64,000 nt of DNA from an uncultured delta proteobacterium (GTDB lineage: Bacteria > Desulfobacterota > Syntrophia > Syntrophales > UBA2185): NCBI GenBank assembly GCA_963729715.1, contig CAVSPA010000004.1, positions 1 to 64,000 of the forward strand, in the 5' to 3' direction. This document shows, piece after piece, positions 20,792-29,659 of the stretch (positions are counted from its first letter, which is position 1; every line of letters starts with the position of its first letter). The notes beneath the pieces were generated by a model. That model ran no database searches. It saw nothing but the letters and a program-made list of their open reading frames with translations, and had not been told where the DNA came from. Position numbers and translations under genes: made by a program.

Positions 20792-21994
20792 TCAATTCAT
20801 GCTTTCATTAAATTGAGTTTCATTGGTCAACATAGCAAACATTGTCCTGATGAGCTTATGTGCTGTAGCCAGCACAGCCATTTTGTAGGGCAGCCCGTCC
20901 TGCTTTCGCTTCAGGTAATATTTCTTGAATCTAGCGTTAAACTGGATGACCTTAGTCGTCATTACCCAGATCACCCGCCTGAGATGCCTGTTGCCTCGTT
21001 TGGTAATCTTTCCCTTTCGATCTATCTTCCCTGACTGGTACAGGGCTGGATCGAGGCCTGCCATGGCTATCACCTTTTTGTGACTCTCAAACTCCTTGAC
21101 ATCCCGTCCTACCTCAATCAGGAAATTCATGGCCGTCTTTTTTCCTATGCCTCTCATAGAAGTAAGGATGTCCATATCCCTCCTCATCTTCCCCTTACAC
21201 TGTTCGGTGAGTATATCCGTAAGCTCCTGGAGATGCTGCTCCAGTTGCATCAGTAAGGATACTTTCTGTTTGAGAATGATCTCTTTGGCAGAACTTGACG
21301 TTCCTATGGACGTTTCGGCTGCCTTGACAATACGCTCAACCGATGTATCCGTTTGTTTACCGTATGATCCCGGTATCAGTATCCTGGCTATCTTGGAACG
21401 CTTTGCCTGTCTTATCGAAGCAGCAGAAGGATATTGACAGAGCAACCGAAGCATGGATTTGGTAAATATACAGGCAATGTGTTCCAACTCAGGGAAAGTC
21501 ATGGTCAACAATCGCTTGATTTCAATCTTGTTCGAAGTCATCTGGTCCACAAGGCTTTCCCGTTGCCTGGAGAGATCCCTGATATCGGTAAAATCAGATG
21601 ATCCGACGGTTCGACCAAGGGAATCACGGTTCAAAAGAAGAAACTGCGCAATCACATAGGCATCTTTCTTATCCGTCTTGGTTTTCCTCAATTGGAGTTT
21701 AACAAAATTAGAAATAAGCAGGGGATTAATCACGATCACGGTATACCCTTTCGAGATAAGAAAAGAATATAGATTCACGTGGTAGCAGGCCGTCGACTCC
21801 ATACCGACCAGTACAGACTCTTTAGGAGCTGATAGTGAAGAAAGCTGTTTAATCAGCTCCTCAAATCCTTCCCTATCCATCGACGTCGAGATGCTGAAAT
21901 GCTTTTCCCCTTGAACGCTGATACAACACGCATCGAATGTCTCCTTGGAGATATCGATGCCAAGAAACCATCTAAAACCCTTTCTTTCATCCAT
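20792..21994 (-). CDS. IS110 family transposase/recombinase
   Basis: GIDISK, MEST, INP, KTDKKDA (DEDD RuvC domain); GIG, AGLDP..YQSG (catalytic Ser), ITKRGNRHLR, AHKL; GGAGG RBS before ATG 21994. Confidence 0.95.
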   Translation of the reverse strand: MDERKGFRWFLGIDISKETFDACCISVQGEKHFSISTSMDREGFEELIKQLSSLSAPKESVLVGMESTACYHVNLYSFLISKGYTVIVINPLLISNFVKLQLRKTKTDKKDAYVIAQFLLLNRDSLGRTVGSSDFTDIRDLSRQRESLVDQMTSNKIEIKRLLTMTFPELEHIACIFTKSMLRLLCQYPSAASIRQAKRSKIARILIPGSYGKQTDTSVERIVKAAETSIGTSSSAKEIILKQKVSLLMQLEQHLQELTDILTEQCKGKMRRDMDILTSMRGIGKKTAMNFLIEVGRDVKEFESHKKVIAMAGLDPALYQSGKIDRKGKITKRGNRHLRRVIWVMTTKVIQFNARFKKYYLKRKQDGLPYKMAVLATAHKLIRTMFAMLTNETQFNESMN

Positions 21995-22029
21995 ATACGC
22001 ACCTCCAATTAGTACACGGCAAAAGCAGG

Positions 22030-22170
22030 ATCCGCCTCCCAACCAATCCTCCATCGTTACAAGGATTCTCCGATCCCATCAACCTATTATGGCTTGGGAG
22101 GCAGGGGACAGACTGTAGTAAGGATTCTTCGACCCGGGAAGAACTGAGTCCTCCTGCCTTTCCATATTCA
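22030..22170 (-). ncRNA. Candidate IS110 bridge/seek RNA
   Basis: Lies downstream of TATAAT (22183-22178); two stem/internal-loop modules (GGCAGGAGGAC/GTCCCCTGCC and CTCCCAAGCC/GGTTGGGAG), each containing AGAATCCTT. Confidence 0.6.
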
Positions 22171-22433
22171 GTTGTTAATTATATACCCTATACCTGAATT
22201 GCTGGTAGGAGGAAGACTTGCACTTTTTTCGTGAGAGGAAAGAAGACAGTTCATGCCATGCATGTTTGAAACTGTAATGAGTGGTCTTGTCTGGTGATCG
22301 GACTTGTCCCGCCTATGGTTTAAAGTTACAAATAAACATTTTATCTGAAAAGTGAAATTGTTATTACAGGTGGTCTGGTTTCTTAGGACAGGGGACAGGG
22401 ATTTATAAGTGGGAAACTGCTCCGGGTTGATGT

Positions 22434-23267
22434 TCATGCTGCAGCCTGTTTCTGCAGTTGGGTGCTGAAGTAAACCATAGCCGGGGTCTTCCTGTCAAAG
22501 TTTTGATGCCATCTTCTTTCGTTATAGAATGTGAAATAGGCGGCTAGTCCTTTTTTAACCTCCACCATTGAACCATACGCTTTCAGATAAATATCCTCAT
22601 ACTTGACGCTTTTCCACAGCCGTTCGATAAAAATGTTGTCCATCCACCGGCTCTTTCCGTCCATACTGATTGAAATGCTATTTGAACGGAGGATATCCGT
22701 GAATGCTTCCGCGGTGAACTGGCTGCCTTGGTCCGTGTTGAATATCTCCGGGCAACCGTATCTGGTGATAGCCTCTTCCAGGGCGTCCACACAAAATGTG
22801 CTGTCCAGTGTGTTGGACAGCCGCCAGGAAAGCACCATCCGGCTCGCCAAGTCCATAACCGCTACAAGATAACAGAATCCCTTTGCCATGGGAATGTAAG
22901 TTATGTCGGCGGCCCACACATGGTTTTCCCGCGTGATCTCAATGCCGCGGAGAAGGTAGGGATACTTCACATGCCCAGGATGCGATGCCGAGAGTTTCGG
23001 TTTGACGTACAGCGCCTCGATGCCCATCCTACGCATCAGCCGTCGCACCCTGTCACGACCAACTTCATAGCCCCTTGCCCACAGCTCGTCGCGAATCTTC
23101 CGGCTTCCGTAAAACGGATACGCTAAATGGATCTCGTCGATCTGGCGCATAAGCTCTATGTCTTTAGCGCTCAGAGGCACCGGAGTGTAGTAGACGCCAG
23201 ATCTGCTCAGATCCAGAAGATCGCCTTGCCGTGTCACAGGAAGTTTATCTCCCTTGTCGATCATCAC
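22434..23267 (-). CDS. IS3 transposase OrfB (DDE integrase core)
   Basis: YGSRKI, WAADITYI, NTDQGSQFT, DNIFIERLWKSVKYE. Confidence 0.95.
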   Translation of the reverse strand: MMIDKGDKLPVTRQGDLLDLSRSGVYYTPVPLSAKDIELMRQIDEIHLAYPFYGSRKIRDELWARGYEVGRDRVRRLMRRMGIEALYVKPKLSASHPGHVKYPYLLRGIEITRENHVWAADITYIPMAKGFCYLVAVMDLASRMVLSWRLSNTLDSTFCVDALEEAITRYGCPEIFNTDQGSQFTAEAFTDILRSNSISISMDGKSRWMDNIFIERLWKSVKYEDIYLKAYGSMVEVKKGLAAYFTFYNERRWHQNFDRKTPAMVYFSTQLQKQAAA

Positions 23268-23569
23268 TTTGCGCTCGCATCGTCGATGCGACCGAGCGCG
23301 ACGGATAAAAAATCGTTCTCCATCGATAACTGCCCGATCTTGGCGTGAAGATCCTTGACACTTGGCACTTGTTCGGGCTTCCTGTCCTTGTTGAAAATCT
23401 CCGGGGCATGTTTAAGAAGCTGCTTCTTCCACTCCGTGATCTGGTTCGGATGTACCTGGTACCGCTGGGATAGCTCAATGAGCGTCTCCTCGCCCTTCAG
23501 GGCCTCCAACGCCACCTTCGCCTTGAACGCCGGTGCATGATTCCTTCTCGGTCTTTTGCTCATAACCAC
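23264..23569 (-). CDS. IS3 transposase OrfA (HTH)
   Basis: RRNHAPAFKAKVALEA, VHPNQITEWKKQ, LHAKIGQL..ENDFL. Confidence 0.93.
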   Translation of the reverse strand: MVMSKRPRRNHAPAFKAKVALEALKGEETLIELSQRYQVHPNQITEWKKQLLKHAPEIFNKDRKPEQVPSVKDLHAKIGQLSMENDFLSVALGRIDDASAK

Positions 23570-23709
23570 TCCTCCTTGGGTCCATTATAGAGCAACTTTA
23601 CCACTTATGCACCTGTCCAGTTTTTCCAGACCAGCTATATTGACTATATAGTCAATACTTTATTTTGTAACTAGCAGAAATAAAAGGACAATACATGTTG
23701 GTATGCTAT

Positions 23710-23756
23710 CTCTTAATCAGTAGGTTGTCGGTTCGATCCCGACAGGGCTCACCAGA
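23710..23756 (+). repeat. att repeat: copy of the tRNA-Lys 3' half
   Basis: CTCTTAATCAGTAGGTTGTCGGTTCGATCCCGACAGGGCTCACCAGA, identical to 7424-7470. Confidence 0.95.
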
Positions 23757-23761
23757 AAAAT

Positions 23762-23795
23762 AAAGGGGTTAAGTTAATTCTTAACCCCTTTATTG
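23762..23795 (+). terminator. Terminator hairpin after the att repeat (likely the original tRNA terminator)
   Basis: AAAGGGGTTAAG-TTAATT-CTTAACCCCTTT. Confidence 0.8.
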
Positions 23796-23854
23796 CTTTT
23801 GCAAACTAAGATTACTGGCCAATACATAATTCTTGGCTTCCGGCCTTCAATATT

Positions 23855-24283
23855 TCATTGGATGCTTTTGAAGACCCCATCTATTTTAGCCATCAGTTCT
23901 TCAGGTGTCACCGGCTTGGCTATAAAATTCCGTCCCCCGATGATTCCCTCTTGTGATTGAACCTGCCTTCTTGATGCGATGGCGGTAATGAATAATACGG
24001 GAATCTTCCGCGTTTTCGGGTTCTCGAACAATAGCTCCGCCACCTGGCCGCCACCCATTTCCGGCATAATTATGTCGAGAAGAATTAAATCAGGACGCTC
24101 TTTCGAGGCCAGGACTACGCCTCCGCTTCCGCTCGTAGTTGTCAGTATCTCAAATCTCCCTGTCTTTTCGAGGTTGAGCTTGACAAAAAAGCAGAAATCT
24201 TCTTCGTCATCGATGAGCAATATTTTCTTCTTTTCAAGTGCTGCTTCCGATTTAATCCCTTCGTTCATGGTACTCTCCTGCAT
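23855..24283 (-). CDS. Single-domain response regulator
   Basis: ILLIDDE, PDLILLDIIMP, FITA, AKP. Confidence 0.93.
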   Translation of the reverse strand: MQESTMNEGIKSEAALEKKKILLIDDEEDFCFFVKLNLEKTGRFEILTTTSGSGGVVLASKERPDLILLDIIMPEMGGGQVAELLFENPKTRKIPVLFITAIASRRQVQSQEGIIGGRNFIAKPVTPEELMAKIDGVFKSIQ

Positions 24284-24310
24284 TGGTGGATTGGAATCGC
24301 CTACGTTGTG

Positions 24311-25246
24311 CTATACGGGATTGCCGGCGGGCAATTCGATGATGACACATGTGCCTCCTTCCGACTCACTCTCTATCTGTACCATTCCATGATGTTTATC
24401 GATGATCCCTTTTACGATAGAAAGTCCTAAACCTGCATTCCCGGTGCTGTCTTTAGTAGTATAGAAGGGATCAAATACTTTTTCAATTCTATCTTTCGGG
24501 ATTCCGCACCCGGTGTCGGCAATGGTTATCTGCAGGTGGCTTTCTCCAGACGCGCTCTCAACTTTCTCAGCGCTAATGGTGATAGTTCCTCCGTCCTCTA
24601 TGGCATCAATAGAATTTAATAGGAGGTTGAGAAATACCTGCTTGATCTGATTACTGTCAACTGTCACCTTCGGCAAACCGGGAGAGAATTGTTTAGCAAG
24701 CTTTATATGCTTTAATTTCAACTGATGATCTATAAATGACAGCGTTTCTTCTATGACAGGCGGAATCTCCATCTGTTCCGTCTGAATCGGCACCTGACGC
24801 GTGAAACTCAGAAGCCCTTTTATGATGGAATCAGCACGGAATGCAGATTTCTTGATCCTTTCTAAGGCATCCGCAATGTGACTATCAGAATCAGCTGATG
24901 TCCGTAGATACTCGATGCCCTGGATAATGATTGCGAGCGGATTTTTCACCTCATGGGCGATACCGGTGGCAACAATGCCTAAGGCTGCCAGTTTCTCGGA
25001 CTGGATCAGCTGTTCTTGCGTCCTTTCTTTTTCCTCAAGCGCAGCCTTACGGGAGTTGATGAGGGTTTGCGTAAAAATTCCATATATTATGACAAAACAG
25101 GCAATGAGGACACGCGTCAGCACCTGATCGGATGCCAGAGAATCCAGAATCCAGTATATCAAGATCAGAAAGAGGGCAATTAGTATCAGGCCGTTGCGTT
25201 CGATGTGCTGGCGAAGAGTATATTCTTTTGCCATTGTGCGTCTCAA
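24311..25246 (-). CDS. Membrane sensor histidine kinase (NtrB-like core)
   Basis: Two TM helices; GIAHEVKNPL H-box, NLLLNSIDA, DTGCGI, FDPFYTTK, GLGL. Confidence 0.93.
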   Translation of the reverse strand: MRRTMAKEYTLRQHIERNGLILIALFLILIYWILDSLASDQVLTRVLIACFVIIYGIFTQTLINSRKAALEEKERTQEQLIQSEKLAALGIVATGIAHEVKNPLAIIIQGIEYLRTSADSDSHIADALERIKKSAFRADSIIKGLLSFTRQVPIQTEQMEIPPVIEETLSFIDHQLKLKHIKLAKQFSPGLPKVTVDSNQIKQVFLNLLLNSIDAIEDGGTITISAEKVESASGESHLQITIADTGCGIPKDRIEKVFDPFYTTKDSTGNAGLGLSIVKGIIDKHHGMVQIESESEGGTCVIIELPAGNPV

Positions 25247-25325
25247 TGCCTCTCCGAAGTCAACGCAATGCGTGCTCCCGGAGCTGTAATGCGAATACTA
25301 ATCTTTGTGTGGTACAGAGGGCTAT

Positions 25326-26894
25326 TTAGTTCTTTGAAGTCATCGGTAATTCGATGACAACTTCGGTTCCTTCCTGAAGCTTACTATCTATCAGGATAGT
25401 GCCGTGGTGCTTGTCAATTATCCCTTTCGTGATGGAGAGTCCCAGTCCTGTGTTTCCCAAATTATCCTTTGTTGTGAAAAAAGGATCGAACACTTTTTCA
25501 ATCTTGTCTGCCGGGATGCCGCAACCCGTATCGGCAAACGAGACCTGCAGATGCGGCTCTCCAGCTTCATTCTTCATCTGCCGGACGGCGATCGTTATCG
25601 TTCCACCGTCCTCCATGGCCTCTACCGAGTTTGAGAGAATATTGGCGAATGCCTGTTTGATTTGATCGGTGTCAATGCTTATCGGTGGTGCATCCGGTGC
25701 GTATTGCCTGATTACCGTTACGTGTTTGGCGTTGATCTGATGTTCTACAAACGACAGAGTCTCCTCTATGACGGGAATAATCTCCGTTTTCTCCGTCTGA
25801 ATTGATATCTGACGCGTGAAACTCAGCAACCCTTTCACTATAGTATCCGCCCGCTCTGCGGATTTCTTGATTCGTTCCACGGCGTCAGCCAGGAGAGGAT
25901 CAGAGCCGGAGGATGTTTTCAAATATTCGATGCCCTGAATAATGATTGCGAGAGGGTTTTTCACTTCATGGGCAATTCCGGCAACAAATGTGCCCACAGC
26001 GGCTAATTTCTCCGCCTGTATCAGTTCTTCATGAAGTCTCTTCTGGATTTCCTCTGCCCGCTTACGATCGGTAATTTCCTGCTCCAATTTGATATTTCGC
26101 TCTTCTATGTCTTCTATATAATCTGCAATCTGTGATTGGAGCAGTGCGTTCTCGAGAGTTAACTTGATCTCAATAAGCATGGTTGATAAGAGATTCTCAT
26201 CCTTGGCATCGAAAGCCCCTTCTGATTTCTTGCGCGACAGGTTAATAACAGCTGTGACATCACCTTTGTGCCTCGCATAGATTGGTATGCTGAGAAAGGA
26301 AGGCGAACCGTATTTGGGATCGTTTTTCTTCTGGGTTCTCGGATCCCTCTCGATATCTTTCACGAGGAGAGGTTTTCTTTGGGTAATTGCATGCTTAATA
26401 ACAGAGTCGTCGATGTCGATATATTCGCCTTTTTTCAAACCGCCCTTTATGCCTCTCGATCCGACAAGACGAAGGCGTTTAGTATCGGGATCGACAACAA
26501 ATGATGAGCCTATCTGGGAATTTGTCACTGCGAGCGCAGCATCAAGAAAAGTATTAAGAAGATCTTCGAAGTCCCTATTCTGGAAGGCTTTGTTTGCAAC
26601 ATCCTTGATGGCAGTGAGTTCTATGTGGCTTTGGGACGCCTGTTCCGTCAGTTCTTGTATAACAGATTCCGCGAAAGAGAAGACGTTGTTGAATATGTTG
26701 AAAAGTATATATAAGCCTGTAAGGACGATGAGAAAAATAATGATAAAGAGAGTGCTTACATAGTAAGTATAAGTTACATCCGCATCATAATGCATGTACA
26801 CGAGGATCAATGCCGGAAATACAATAATCGATGATCCCACGAGGACAAATTTTCTCTTCACATCCCTATTTATCGTGCTGAATCTTTCATCCAC
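25326..26894 (-). CDS. GAF-domain sensor histidine kinase
   Basis: Two TM helices, GAF (SFLSIPI...VINL...F...DENLL), H/N/G1/F/G2 boxes. Confidence 0.92.
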   Translation of the reverse strand: MDERFSTINRDVKRKFVLVGSSIIVFPALILVYMHYDADVTYTYYVSTLFIIIFLIVLTGLYILFNIFNNVFSFAESVIQELTEQASQSHIELTAIKDVANKAFQNRDFEDLLNTFLDAALAVTNSQIGSSFVVDPDTKRLRLVGSRGIKGGLKKGEYIDIDDSVIKHAITQRKPLLVKDIERDPRTQKKNDPKYGSPSFLSIPIYARHKGDVTAVINLSRKKSEGAFDAKDENLLSTMLIEIKLTLENALLQSQIADYIEDIEERNIKLEQEITDRKRAEEIQKRLHEELIQAEKLAAVGTFVAGIAHEVKNPLAIIIQGIEYLKTSSGSDPLLADAVERIKKSAERADTIVKGLLSFTRQISIQTEKTEIIPVIEETLSFVEHQINAKHVTVIRQYAPDAPPISIDTDQIKQAFANILSNSVEAMEDGGTITIAVRQMKNEAGEPHLQVSFADTGCGIPADKIEKVFDPFFTTKDNLGNTGLGLSITKGIIDKHHGTILIDSKLQEGTEVVIELPMTSKN

Positions 26895-27386
26895 GGTGAC
26901 ACCCCTCTTGTCAGTTAAATGATTATTACTTTTAACTCAAAACGCCTCAAGACGCAAAGATTTTTCATAAGGATTCCTTTATATATAAGGGATGTCTTTG
27001 GGATGACGGTTCTTCCCTTTTCAGAGGATGCATAAACCACCTTAAGCGATTTATCTTCAAGGCTCACTGCGGGTTGTTTGCTCAATTTCCGTCCGTCCTG
27101 ACTGCGCCCCGTTCTTCCGGGTGATAATTAATATTTTATATACGCTGTATTTCTCAGCCGTTCAAGTGTTTTCGGAGATTATCACCATTATTTACCCTAT
27201 TTACCCTGATGCTTCAAGACGGGAGCGGCATAGGCTAAATATTTGCATCAAAGACCTGGATCATAAATACTCAGGAAACGCCGTAGTAATAAATTGAAAT
27301 ATCTTTCTTTCTTTGCTACGGTTACAATTATAAGATCTTTATCTCCGAAGTCATTCACATATTGAAAAGGGGCTAATGAAGTTAGA

Positions 27387-28070
27387 GTGGAAAAGTTGAA
27401 AGATATCAATCCCGGAATGAGCGTCAATATAGTTGCTGATGTCGATACGGACAAAGAGATAACAGAGGTCAGAAATGCCATAGTTTACGATGTCGACGGT
27501 GCCAGACTTGTACTGTCTCAGACAAATCCGCCCTTCACAAAATACCACCTTGATAAAGAGATTACAATCACCTACATTGTAAAAGGAAACGACGGTCTCA
27601 GCAGAATAGGTTTTACGGGGAGGGTGGTCAGCATCTTGAATGACTACAGCCTGTACTCATCAAACGTCGTCCAAGCCCTCAATGTGTTGCGGAAAGGTGG
27701 GCTCAAGACATATGACTTGAGAATGCACTACAGAGTTAGCCCGAAGTCAGACAGCGGCATCCATATTTATGTAAGCGACGAACGGGTCAGCCTCATAGAT
27801 ATTTCCATGGGCGGTGCACGTTTTTGTCATTCAAAAGACCGCCCCATCGAATCGAGAACCATAATTAATATGATTTTGGCGCTTGACCAGCAAAAGTTCA
27901 ATCTTGAAGCGAAAACAGTGAATGTCTGGTATCCTTCCGAAGCCGGAAGACGGGCAGATCTGGAATACGTGTCAGTTCAATTTATGAAATTGGATAAGAA
28001 CTGCAGTCACAATTTAAGCGGGAAAATCCTTGCCATCCAGCGCGAACTCTTGTCTAAAGACGGAGAGTAG
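27387..28070 (+). CDS. PilZ domain protein
   Basis: RMHYR (RxxxR) and DISMGG (DxSxxG) c-di-GMP-binding motifs. Confidence 0.85.
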   Translation: MEKLKDINPGMSVNIVADVDTDKEITEVRNAIVYDVDGARLVLSQTNPPFTKYHLDKEITITYIVKGNDGLSRIGFTGRVVSILNDYSLYSSNVVQALNVLRKGGLKTYDLRMHYRVSPKSDSGIHIYVSDERVSLIDISMGGARFCHSKDRPIESRTIINMILALDQQKFNLEAKTVNVWYPSEAGRRADLEYVSVQFMKLDKNCSHNLSGKILAIQRELLSKDGE

Positions 28071-28268
28071 ATGCGCCGTTTTATATCCGTTTCTACCTAT
28101 GCCTTCCACTTTAATTTCCTTCCACCCCTTTCGGATCTCCCGAACTATTGAACATCTTGGTCAAAAGTAAAGTTTTTGCAGGAAATGACGATATAAGTAT
28201 TGAATACCTTTGTGAAGACCTGAGAGTCGTACGAGTTATTAATAATTGCCACGGATAAGGAACCGAGC

Positions 28269-28619
28269 ATGGGAATAATAAATCTGGAAGATATTCAAGT
28301 GGGGATGGTTCTGGCCGGAGACATAAGGGAGCGGAGCGGCCGTATTCTATTAGCGGGCGGAAGTGAAATCACCGAAAAGCATCTGAGGGTCTTTAAGATG
28401 TGGGGAATCACAGAAGCCGATATCAAGAATGTCGAGAAAGCGGAAATCGCCGCAAATATTGTGGCTCAGCTTGACCCTTCTCTTTTCCAGAACGTACAAA
28501 GCCAGGTTCGCGAACGCTTCTGTCTTGCAGATATGGGACACCCTTTTATCGAAGAACTGTTTCGTTTGGTCACACTTCGTCAGGTTAGGCATAAGTCGAA
28601 AGGACAGATCAATGATTGA
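28269..28619 (+). CDS. Conserved hypothetical protein resembling the N-terminal module of HD-GYP proteins
   Basis: IQVGMVLAGDI....GRILL..G.EITEKHL.....WGI. Confidence 0.7.
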   Translation: MGIINLEDIQVGMVLAGDIRERSGRILLAGGSEITEKHLRVFKMWGITEADIKNVEKAEIAANIVAQLDPSLFQNVQSQVRERFCLADMGHPFIEELFRLVTLRQVRHKSKGQIND

Positions 28620-28802
28620 CGGCAACTCCCGAAGTCTCCTTCGATGCGTCGGCCATGGGACACGACGTGCTTCACGCGCTTCCGTAGAGTGCATGCTCAG
28701 GGCGAGCTTATGGATAACCTTCGGAGGCATACGATTTCCTCTATCAGATCCATCTTGCGTTTTCCATTCTCCAATGAATCTCCTATATTCGGAGAGGCCG
28801 TC
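28618..28802. mobile_element. MITE (185 bp) with target-site duplication
   Basis: Terminal inverted repeats GACGGCAACTCCCGAA / TTCGGAGAGGCCGTC; ATGATT duplicated at 28612-28617 and 28803-28808. Confidence 0.8.
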
Positions 28803-29657
28803 ATGATTGGGAAGCCGGAGGATCTCTTGAAGGGCTTTGTGCAGTTGTCTTCACTGCCTGTCATATACACCAAAATTAATGAGGCAGTTAATAACCCGCA
28901 ATCCTCTATGAAGGATATCAGCGATATAATAAGCGATGATCCCGGCCTAACATCGCGATTGCTGCAGGTTGTCAACAGCGCATTTTATGGTTTTCCATCA
29001 AGGGTGGAGACTGTCAGCCGTGCCCTCTTTATCGTGGGTACACGTCAGATACGCGATCTTGCCTTGGCGACTTCGATCATGAACGCGTTTGAAGGAATAC
29101 CGGAGGTTCTCGTCAGTATGGAGTCGTTCTGGAGGCACAGTGTGGCCTGCGGGCTGGCTGCCAAAATACTTGCGACTTACAGACGCTGTGAAATGAATGT
29201 GGAGCGTTTTTTTGCGGCCGGCATCATTCATGACATAGGCAGACTCGTTATCTACAAGAAAATACCGGAGACGGCACAAGCAATGATCTTACGCTGCAAG
29301 AACCAGAGGGAACCATTATTTTCAGTCGAAACAGAAACAATAGGTTTTGACCATTCGGAATTGGGACGAAGGCTTGTACAATTCTGGAATCTGCCGCCGT
29401 CTCTCGAAGAAGTTGTGGCCTGTCATCATTCGCCGCAGGAGGCGAGACGATACCCTGTGGAGACGGCTGTTATTCATATAGCGGACATAATCGTCCACGC
29501 CATGCAGTTGGGTAACAGCGGAGAGCAATATATTCCATCTGTGGACGAGAAGGCATGGCAACTCATCGGCATTCCCACAAGCGCTTTGTCTCCCACATTG
29601 GATCAATTGGAGCGGGAAGTCGGCGATGTCGTGCAGTCTCTGTTCGGTAAGGCCTGA
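28803..29657 (+). CDS. HDOD domain protein
   Basis: [44 protein letters not shown]....WNLP; start reassigned to ATG 28803. Confidence 0.92.
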   Translation: MIGKPEDLLKGFVQLSSLPVIYTKINEAVNNPQSSMKDISDIISDDPGLTSRLLQVVNSAFYGFPSRVETVSRALFIVGTRQIRDLALATSIMNAFEGIPEVLVSMESFWRHSVACGLAAKILATYRRCEMNVERFFAAGIIHDIGRLVIYKKIPETAQAMILRCKNQREPLFSVETETIGFDHSELGRRLVQFWNLPPSLEEVVACHHSPQEARRYPVETAVIHIADIIVHAMQLGNSGEQYIPSVDEKAWQLIGIPTSALSPTLDQLEREVGDVVQSLFGKA

Positions 29658-29659
29658 CC

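Larger units (their letters stand above)
20786..22191 (-). mobile_element. IS110-family insertion sequence (long 5' non-coding end)
   Basis: DEDD transposase; CTAT direct repeats at 20786-20789 and 22188-22191 are the proposed boundaries; no terminal inverted repeats. Confidence 0.75.
22365..23639 (-). mobile_element. IS3-family insertion sequence
   Basis: Imperfect terminal inverted repeats TACAGGTGGTCTGG..GGACAGG / TATAGCTGGTCTGG..GGACAGG flanking orfA and orfB. Confidence 0.85.

Noticed and set aside
23710..23756. A second tRNA-Lys gene
   Set aside because: Only the 3' half is present; there is no acceptor 5' strand or D-arm.
28644..28802. N-terminal extension of the HDOD protein
   Set aside because: Encoded by the MITE; the real start is most likely ATG 28803.
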